Assembly (NCBI GenBank): GCA_015521945.1
Contig: WANG01000187.1
Coordinates: 1 to 32,401, forward strand
Source of the DNA: Candidatus Hydrothermarchaeota archaeon
GTDB lineage: Archaea > Hydrothermarchaeota > Hydrothermarchaeia > Hydrothermarchaeales > BMS3B
Direction of reading: 5' to 3'
Length of the DNA stretch: 32,401 nucleotides
The stretch's first letter is position 1, and every line of letters starts with the position of its first letter. The notes under the pieces were generated by a model. The model made no database searches and was not told the DNA's origin. It was given only the letters and a program-made list of their open reading frames with translations. A program made the position numbers and the translations under genes. This document shows positions 25,949-32,401 of this stretch, piece by piece.

Positions 25949-27249
25949 ACGCTCACCCTCTGCCCGTTCCTGAGCAGGAACACCTCGCGGTTTATGCTGT
26001 ACCCCAGGGACTCCGCGAGCTCCGCGTAGCTCGCCTGCATCTCAAGGGAGCCGTGGGTAGGTATGACCTTCTCCGGCTGCAGCATCTTGAGCAGGTCGTA
26101 GTGGTCCTCCTTGGAGGCGTGCCCCGAAACGTGCAGCCCCTTGAACAGCCTCGCCCCCTGCAGCTTGAGCTTGGTCTCCACCGCATACCTCTGCGCCACG
26201 TTTATGGGGTTGGGGATAATGTCGGCTGAGAATAGCACCTCATCCCCCTCCTCAATCCTGTACTCCATCTTCTGGTTCGCTATCCTGGTGAGGAGGGCAT
26301 CGGGCTCCCCCTGGTGCCCCGTAACTATCAGCAGGTACCTGTGCTTCTCCTTCGCCACCCTCCTGAGCACCTTCTTTATGGCGTTCTTGCTGCCGTAGAT
26401 GTGGGTGTTCTCCGGGAGGTCAACTATCCCCTTCCGCTCCGCTATGCCCACGTACTTCTCCATGCTCCTGCCCAGCAGCACGGGCTCGCGGTCAAGCTTC
26501 GTGGCTATGTCAACAACGCTCTTCAGCCTGGCGATGTGGGAGGAGAAGGTGGTTACTATCAGCCCCTTCTCCCCGCTGCTCTTCAGCAGGGTGTCCTCAA
26601 GCAGGGTTCTCGCCACCTGCTCGGAGGGGGTGCGCCCGTCGTTGGAGACGCGGGTGGTCTCTATTATCAGCGCCTTCAGCCCCTCCTTTCCGAGCTCCCT
26701 TATCCTGCGGTAGTCGGGCTTGGTGCCTATCACAGGGTTATCGTCAAGCTTGAAGTCGTTGAGGTAGGCAACGCTGCCCTCCCGGGTGTGCACCACCAAG
26801 AAAACCGTATCCGGGATGCTGTGGGTTATCCTCACGAACTCTATGCTCAGGTCGGGCATGAGCTGCAGCACCTCCCCCGCCTCAAGCACGTACAGTGGGT
26901 TCTGAGCCCTTCCCCTGAGCTCCCGCCTCACCAGCTCTATGGTGTAGGGGGTGCCTATTATGGGCGCCTCCGGGAACTTTCCCGCAAGCAGGGGAACAGC
27001 TCCTATGTGGTCAAGATGCCCGTGGGTGAGCACTATCGCCCTGACCTTCCCGTAGTCTCCGTTCAGTGCTGGAATTATGCCCCGCTGGGCAAGCTCCTCA
27101 TGGGACAGCTTAGATATATCCGTGTCCTCATGAATGAGCACCCTGTCCAGGCGTATCCCCATGTCAGCCACTATTGAGTCCTCTCCACACCTGATTACCG
27201 TCATGTTCCTGCCTACTTCCTCATATCCTCCAACCGCATGAATCTCCAC
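25945..27249 (-). CDS. rnj: Archaeal RNase J (beta-CASP)
   Basis: AVGGYEEVGRNMT, THGHLDHIG, THSIPD, DFKLD, FSSHIAR, TGHQGEP and HVSGHA. GTG 27249 follows a GGGGTGA RBS. Confidence 0.93.
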   Translation of the reverse strand: MEIHAVGGYEEVGRNMTVIRCGEDSIVADMGIRLDRVLIHEDTDISKLSHEELAQRGIIPALNGDYGKVRAIVLTHGHLDHIGAVPLLAGKFPEAPIIGTPYTIELVRRELRGRAQNPLYVLEAGEVLQLMPDLSIEFVRITHSIPDTVFLVVHTREGSVAYLNDFKLDDNPVIGTKPDYRRIRELGKEGLKALIIETTRVSNDGRTPSEQVARTLLEDTLLKSSGEKGLIVTTFSSHIARLKSVVDIATKLDREPVLLGRSMEKYVGIAERKGIVDLPENTHIYGSKNAIKKVLRRVAKEKHRYLLIVTGHQGEPDALLTRIANQKMEYRIEEGDEVLFSADIIPNPINVAQRYAVETKLKLQGARLFKGLHVSGHASKEDHYDLLKMLQPEKVIPTHGSLEMQASYAELAESLGYSINREVFLLRNGQRVSV

Positions 27250-27253
27250 AGTA

Positions 27254-28300
27254 TCACCCCAGCATGCCTCTGGCGCTGAGCCACTCCCTGCACCTGCCCA
27301 GCACCACCACTCTGGAGCTGGAGAGCGCCTCAACGTCCCCGGAACCCGTGAGGAACATCGCCACCCTCAGCTCCCGCTCGTAGGTGCGCAGCACCCTTAC
27401 AACCCCCTCCGCACCCCTCACCGCCTCCTTCAGCAGGGGCAGAGCTATGCCGCAGGCGCGTGCCCCGAGAGCCAGCGCCTTGGCGACGTCCACCCCGCTC
27501 CTCACGCCCCCCGTGGCGAACACGGGCACCGACACCGAACGGGCGCACTCCACCAGGCTAACCACCGTGGGGATGCCCCAGCTCAGGAACCTCCTCGCCA
27601 CCTCCTCGGTGCCCCGGTAGCTCTCCACGGCTGCGAAGCTCGTGCCTCCTGCGCCTCCCACGTCTATCGCCGAAACCCCCGCCTCCTCCAGGCGGGCGGC
27701 ATCCTCGGCGCATATCCCCGCCCCCGTCTCCTTGACTATCACCGGCACATCCAGCGCATCGCACACCTCGGATATGCGCTCCAGCACGCCCGCAAACTGG
27801 GTGTCGCCCTCCCTCTGCACCGCCTCCTGCAGGGGGTTCAGGTGCAGGGCTATGGCATCAGCCTCTATCATCTCCACCGCGCGCTGCGCCTCCCTTGAGG
27901 TGAAGCCCCTGCAGAACTGCACCGCTCCCAGGTTGGCTATCAGGTAGGCATCTGGCGCGTGCTTCCTCGCCACCGCAAAGCTCTCAACCAGCTCCCTGTG
28001 CTCAATACCCGCCCGCTGGCTTCCCACACCTAAGGGGATGTTGAGCTCCTGGGCAGCCACCGCCAAGTTGCGGTTAATCTTCTCAGCCTCCGCATGCCCC
28101 CCCGTCATGGCGGCTATGAACAGGGGCATGCTCACCCTCCTGCCCAGAAAGCTTGTCTCCAAGCTTATCCTCTCGGCATCCACCTCCGGCAGCGCGCGGT
28201 GCACGAGCACCACGTCCTCAAATCCCGCGCTGATTTCAGCCTCAACACTTTCGTTCAGGCATATTCGTATGTGGTCAAGCTTCCTTTCTGATATGCTCAT
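27254..28300 (-). CDS. fni: Type 2 isopentenyl-diphosphate delta-isomerase
   Basis: RKLDHI, AMTGG, GVGSQRA, HLNPLQE.VQ.EGD, VKETGAG, GAGGTS and WGIPT. Confidence 0.96.
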   Translation of the reverse strand: MSISERKLDHIRICLNESVEAEISAGFEDVVLVHRALPEVDAERISLETSFLGRRVSMPLFIAAMTGGHAEAEKINRNLAVAAQELNIPLGVGSQRAGIEHRELVESFAVARKHAPDAYLIANLGAVQFCRGFTSREAQRAVEMIEADAIALHLNPLQEAVQREGDTQFAGVLERISEVCDALDVPVIVKETGAGICAEDAARLEEAGVSAIDVGGAGGTSFAAVESYRGTEEVARRFLSWGIPTVVSLVECARSVSVPVFATGGVRSGVDVAKALALGARACGIALPLLKEAVRGAEGVVRVLRTYERELRVAMFLTGSGDVEALSSSRVVVLGRCREWLSARGMLG

Positions 28301-28305
28301 CCAAT

Positions 28306-29079
28306 CTACCCCTTCACTATGGTTCCTCTGACCTTCTCCCCTGATAAAGCTTTCCTAAGCCTCCCCTCTTCAAGAGCATTTATTATAACCGAGGTGTACC
28401 CGCGCCTCGCGAGCTCAACCAGCTCCTCAAGCTTCCTCCTCATCCCCCCCGTGGCGTCATGGCTCCGCATCTCCGGCGCAAGCCTTCCGAAGCTCTCGGG
28501 GGTCACCTCGGGTATAAGCTTCGCCCCGGGGCTCCCGGGCTCAGCCGAGTATATGCCATCCACATCGGTGGCGAGCACTATCCTTCTGGGCCTGAGCTCC
28601 AGGGCAAGCTCCCGCACCAGGGTGTCACCCGAGAGGATGCACACCCCCAGCTCAGCGTCCCTGGCGACATCCCCGCACAGCACGGGCACCAGCCCCAGCT
28701 CCAGCAGCCACCTCACCGTTCCAAGCTCAAGCCTCTCGGGCTCTCCCCTCCTGCACACCGCAATTGCCGAGGTCTGGACACCGAAGGCTCTCACCCCCGC
28801 CTCAACCAGAGCCCCCACCACCAGGCGGGTGAGCTCCGCCATCGCCTGCCTGGTCAGGGCTATACCCCTGAGCTGCTCCTCAGAGCTCAGCCCCCTGTGG
28901 AGAGCGTACTCAAGCGCCAGGGGGTGCCCGAAGCTTCCCCCCCCGTGAACCACCACCAGGGGCTCCCTCTCAGCCACCGGGAGAATCTCCCGTGCGAGCC
29001 TCCGCATAACCCCGTGCCTGAAGCTGAAGGGCTCCTGCTTTCTTGTTATCAGGCTCCCACCGAGCTTTAGCAGAATCAT
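28306..29079 (-). CDS. Isopentenyl phosphate kinase
   Basis: LKLGGSLIT.K, VHGGGSFGH, GDV, SGD, TDVDG, DATGGM..K; lies between mvk and fni. Confidence 0.92.
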   Translation of the reverse strand: MILLKLGGSLITRKQEPFSFRHGVMRRLAREILPVAEREPLVVVHGGGSFGHPLALEYALHRGLSSEEQLRGIALTRQAMAELTRLVVGALVEAGVRAFGVQTSAIAVCRRGEPERLELGTVRWLLELGLVPVLCGDVARDAELGVCILSGDTLVRELALELRPRRIVLATDVDGIYSAEPGSPGAKLIPEVTPESFGRLAPEMRSHDATGGMRRKLEELVELARRGYTSVIINALEEGRLRKALSGEKVRGTIVKG

Positions 29080-30017
29080 CCCTCAATCACGGCTCCCTCT
29101 GCGCTGACCTCCACGCTGAAGGCGCTGCACGAGCTGGAGAGCGCCTCAAGCACCTCCCCGTGCCTCTCCTGGGCAAGGGCGACCATGCACCCCCCACCCC
29201 CGGCGCCAGTGAGCTTCGCACCCTCCGCTCCCGCCGCTCTTGCGGCATGCACCAGGCGGTTGAGCTCGGGTGTGGATACGCCGAGAGCCTCCAGCAGGTG
29301 GTGGTTGATGTTCATGAGCTCGCCCAGGCGGCGTGCGCTGTGGCGCTCCACCTCCCCCCTCGCCGCCAGGGTAACGGCTCCGATGGCATCCAGCAGGCTC
29401 TCAACCACCCTCTCATGCCTGCGGTGGAGGCTCCTCACCCTCGCCACCAGGTCTGCGGTTCGCCTCTTGACGCGGGTATCACCCACCACCAGCCTCAGCT
29501 CCGGAGGGGTGAGCCTCTCGTACCCTCCCCCGTGGATGTAAAGCATGCCCCCGTGGGCTGAAATCGCGGTGTCCGTCGGGGATGCGGCACCCTGCACCCG
29601 CAGCTCAACCCTGTGCCCCAGCTCCGCCAGCCTCCCGGGCGACACCTCCGCCCCCAGGAGGCGCAGCACCGCAAGCAGGGTGGCAACGCTCACCGCCGCG
29701 CTTGAACCCAGACCGGCCGCCTCCGGCAGCTCAGAGCGGATGCTCAGCCTCACCCCGGTGCGCCTCCCAGCCTCCCTGAAAGCCTCCTCCACGGCTGCGG
29801 CAACGTACCTGAACCTCCCCCTCGGCTTTCCCTCCCCTCCAAGCCTAAGGCGCTGGCGAACACCCCGCTGCTCCACCACCACCCCATCACCCGCCAGCTC
29901 GGCAGTGACCCTCACCCGCCTGCTTATGGCGCAGACTATCGCCGGTCTCCCGTAGACCACCGCGTGCTCTCCGAAGAGTATGACCTTGCCAGGGGCTGAC
30001 GCCGTGAGCATGCTCAT
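29076..30017 (-). CDS. mvk: Mevalonate kinase
   Basis: SAPGKVILFGEHAVVYG, P.AAGLGSSAA, QGAASPTD and KLTGAGGGG. Start may be ATG 30011. Confidence 0.95.
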   Translation of the reverse strand: MSMLTASAPGKVILFGEHAVVYGRPAIVCAISRRVRVTAELAGDGVVVEQRGVRQRLRLGGEGKPRGRFRYVAAAVEEAFREAGRRTGVRLSIRSELPEAAGLGSSAAVSVATLLAVLRLLGAEVSPGRLAELGHRVELRVQGAASPTDTAISAHGGMLYIHGGGYERLTPPELRLVVGDTRVKRRTADLVARVRSLHRRHERVVESLLDAIGAVTLAARGEVERHSARRLGELMNINHHLLEALGVSTPELNRLVHAARAAGAEGAKLTGAGGGGCMVALAQERHGEVLEALSSSCSAFSVEVSAEGAVIEG

Positions 30018-30035
30018 AAAATCTCCCCTAAGGGG

Positions 30036-30047
30036 TATAAAGCTTTC
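30036..30047 (-). promoter_or_regulatory. BRE-TATA promoter of the mvk-ipk-fni-rnj-gltX operon
   Basis: Minus strand GAAAGCTTTATA; TTTATA begins 30 nt before ATG 30011. Confidence 0.65.
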
Positions 30048-30059
30048 AGGGTGCCCTTC

Positions 30060-31013
30060 CTACCTCTCCACCCTGATTCCCAGAATCTCCCGCCTTCCCT
30101 CGTGCACGGCCCTTGCGATTTCCGCGCTCCCCCTGGCAGCGCTGTACGCATCCACCCGCATCACTGGGGCAATCCCCTGGAGCCTCCTCCTCAGGGGCAG
30201 GAACACCGAATCATGCACCCCCGCGGACCCCGTTATAACGATAGCCTCGGGCTCCACCAGCGCCATCAGGGAGCGTATCTCCATCTCCACGCTCAGCACC
30301 AGCGCCCTGAGCGCCAGCCTTGCTCTCTCCCCCCTCGGCTCCAGCACCTCCTCAAACTCCGAGAAGGGGCATATCTTCACCGCACCTCCCCTGGAAAAAG
30401 CCTCATTCGCGGTGAGCTCCCCCCTGTCCACCCTCCTGAGAGCCTCCAGGTCAAGGGGACCGTGGAGCATGCCTATGGCGCCGAGGCAGGCGTCCACCGC
30501 ACCCGCGAGCCTTCCACCCTCAACACCCACGCTCACCGTATTTGAGCTCACATCGGTGACGATGAAGCTCTCACCCCCCAGGCTCTCCCGCACCCTCAGG
30601 TAGGCGTCGTAGGCTATGCTCACCTTCTCGGCGCTTGCCATGTGGGAGTAAAGCGCCCGCATCCTCTCATCAAGACACCCCAGTCCCCTGTGCATCCCCG
30701 GTATCACCACCGCCCTCACCCTTGAGGTAACCTCATCGTAGGCACGTGCACCCCCGCCCGTTCGCTCTCCAGCGTCCCCCGGCTCAACCCCCCTGTTCGC
30801 CACCCTCTCAGCCGGGGTAATCGCATCAATCCCATCCCCCATCCCGTAGGTAACTCCGGCAAGCACCACACGCGAGAGCTCCACCCTCCTCTCAAGCTCC
30901 CCCAGCACACCCCTGGAGGCAGCCACCCTCCTGGGTATCCCGAACCCCAGGTTATCCGGGATAACGTAGAAGCGCACCTCCCCTGTTCCGTGGTCCATGC
31001 CCAGGAAGCTCAT
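30060..31013 (-). CDS. Methanogenesis marker protein 12 (UPF0285 family)
   Basis: FLGMDHGT, YGMGDG, GGG..YD, IPGMH, YSH.AS.EKVSIAY, DVSSNTV, GA.DAC.GA.G.LHGPLDLE, SAA.GSAEIA. Confidence 0.85.
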   Translation of the reverse strand: MSFLGMDHGTGEVRFYVIPDNLGFGIPRRVAASRGVLGELERRVELSRVVLAGVTYGMGDGIDAITPAERVANRGVEPGDAGERTGGGARAYDEVTSRVRAVVIPGMHRGLGCLDERMRALYSHMASAEKVSIAYDAYLRVRESLGGESFIVTDVSSNTVSVGVEGGRLAGAVDACLGAIGMLHGPLDLEALRRVDRGELTANEAFSRGGAVKICPFSEFEEVLEPRGERARLALRALVLSVEMEIRSLMALVEPEAIVITGSAGVHDSVFLPLRRRLQGIAPVMRVDAYSAARGSAEIARAVHEGRREILGIRVER

Positions 31014-31014
31014 C

Positions 31015-32076
31015 TCACGCACCAGCCGGGTAGCTCCCCAGCACCCTGAGCATCGCCACCCTGCCCCTCAGCACCTCCAGCAGCTCCTCAATCTCCCTGC
31101 TCCTGCGGTGCCCCTCAAAGTCTATGAAGAACAGGTAATCCCCCAGGGCACGCCTTGAGGGTCTTGACTCAATCCTGGTGAGGTTCACCCCGCGCTCCGC
31201 GAACACCTCCAGCACCCTGTAGAGCGCCCCTGGTTTGTCCCTCAGCGCCAGCACCACCGAGGTCTTGTCCCTGCCCGTCGGCGCATGGTCGGTAGAAGAG
31301 ACTATGAAGAAGCGCGTCTGATTCCCGTCCACATCCTGTACGTTCTCCCTGAGCACCGCCAGCCCGTAGATATCCGCAGCCCTCCTCGGAGCTATGGCGG
31401 CGGCATCCCTGAGCCCCTTCTCCCGTATCTCCCTGCAGGCATCGGCGGTGCTTGCGGTGTTCTGGGTGGTGGCGCCGAGGCTTGAGATGAACCCCCTGCA
31501 CTGGGCAAGAGCCTGGGGGTGGGACATCACCCTGCGCACCTGCTCAAGCCTCACCCCCGGCAGTGCGAGCAGGCAGTGGTTTACATCCAGCACCACCTCA
31601 GAGTAAATCCTCACCTCACTCCTCATCAGCATCTCCAGGGTCAGCCCCACGCTGCCCTCCACCGAGTTCTCCACGGGCACCACCCCGTACTCCACCTCCC
31701 CCCGCTCAACCATCTCAATAACCTCCTGAATCGTGGGCGCCGTCACCAGCTCAGGAGAGCTCATGAACCTCAGCGCCGCCTCCTCCGAGAAGGTTCCCCT
31801 GGGTCCCAGGATGGCCACCTTCCCCTGCCTCTGGGCACGCTTGCTCTCCAGGATAATCCTCTCAAAGATATCCCTTACAAACTCCCCGCTTAGCTCGCCC
31901 GCATTCTCCAGCGCCCTCTCAATAACCCGCCTCTCCCTCTCCGCATCCTCAATCCTCATCCCGGCTCTGAGCTTCTGCCTGCCCAGCTCCTTCGCTATCC
32001 TCAGCCTCTCCTGAAGAAGCCTGAGAATCTCCCGGTCAATGCGGTCTATCTCCCTTCTCAGCTCCTCAATACCCAT
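31015..32076 (-). CDS. pheA: Bifunctional chorismate mutase / prephenate dehydratase
   Basis: LRREIDRID..LL.ER (AroQ), LGPRGTFSE, PVENSVEG, SHPQALAQC, NQTRF and ACT domain LTRIESRP. ATG 32076 follows GGAGTGG. Confidence 0.95.
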   Translation of the reverse strand: MGIEELRREIDRIDREILRLLQERLRIAKELGRQKLRAGMRIEDAERERRVIERALENAGELSGEFVRDIFERIILESKRAQRQGKVAILGPRGTFSEEAALRFMSSPELVTAPTIQEVIEMVERGEVEYGVVPVENSVEGSVGLTLEMLMRSEVRIYSEVVLDVNHCLLALPGVRLEQVRRVMSHPQALAQCRGFISSLGATTQNTASTADACREIREKGLRDAAAIAPRRAADIYGLAVLRENVQDVDGNQTRFFIVSSTDHAPTGRDKTSVVLALRDKPGALYRVLEVFAERGVNLTRIESRPSRRALGDYLFFIDFEGHRRSREIEELLEVLRGRVAMLRVLGSYPAGA

Positions 32077-32102
32077 TTCAACCACTCCTTTGCGGCGGCG
32101 GC

Positions 32103-32401
32103 TTAAAAATTTTGGGGCACCGGGAAGGTGCTGCCCAGCACCTCCCTCCTCAGGGCCTTGAGCCCCTTCATCACCTCTCCCCTGCTCCTCCCCCTGACAA
32201 TCAGGGTAGCCAGGGGCTCACCCGCCTCAACCACCGCGTTCCTGACCGGCACATCGCTGCACACGCCAAGAAGGCACCTGCGAACCAGCACCCTGCGGGG
32301 CGCAAAGAGGGTCAGCCTGGCGCACACCCTCTCTGCAGTAGGCATGCCCTCGGGCAGCTCCCCCTCGCTCGCAGCTATGTGCGCCTCCACCACCCCAACC
32401 C
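32103..32401 (-). CDS. C-terminal part of a probable ATP-grasp carboligase (COG2232-like), 5' end outside the window
   Basis: Frame is open to the edge; V..HIAA..G.LP, DVP....VEAGEPLAT.IV.G. Confidence 0.55.
   Translation of the reverse strand, partial: VGVVEAHIAASEGELPEGMPTAERVCARLTLFAPRRVLVRRCLLGVCSDVPVRNAVVEAGEPLATLIVRGRSRGEVMKGLKALRREVLGSTFPVPQNF

Noticed and set aside
1..32401. tRNA, rRNA, CRISPR array, transposase or integrase
   Set aside because: None recognised; intergenic gaps are short and lack cloverleaf or repeat-spacer patterns.

Overview
Archaeal chromosomal segment, GC-rich and AGG/ATA-codon-rich, with euryarchaeal gene content (Hydrothermarchaeota/Methanomada-like is only an inference). 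Mostly housekeeping: ileS, a CbiA/CfbB-type a,c-diamide synthase, A/V-ATPase subunits I-K-C only, pycB, ncsA with a SAMP, ribC, DUF424-RPA2-mcm, a rhomboid protease, gltX-rnj-fni-ipk-mvk, methanogenesis marker 12 and pheA. Two AT-richer accessory patches interrupt it. The first (1-1297) holds the 5' end of a probable DNA amino-methyltransferase, missed by the ORF track, divergent from an EVE/PUA-like + PD-(D/E)xK nuclease. Their shared control region packs six GATC sites and two palindromes, with one GATC inside a TATA box, although GATC is strongly avoided elsewhere in the window. This is the best candidate for a new, methylation-switched defence system. The second patch (~13190-14330) holds an MNT antitoxin and a decayed HEPN toxin. 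Also notable is a miniaturised CcmF heme lyase apparently split over two divergent genes with an altered WWD motif. No tRNA, rRNA, CRISPR array, transposase or intein was recognised. All calls come from motif recognition by eye; no searches were run.
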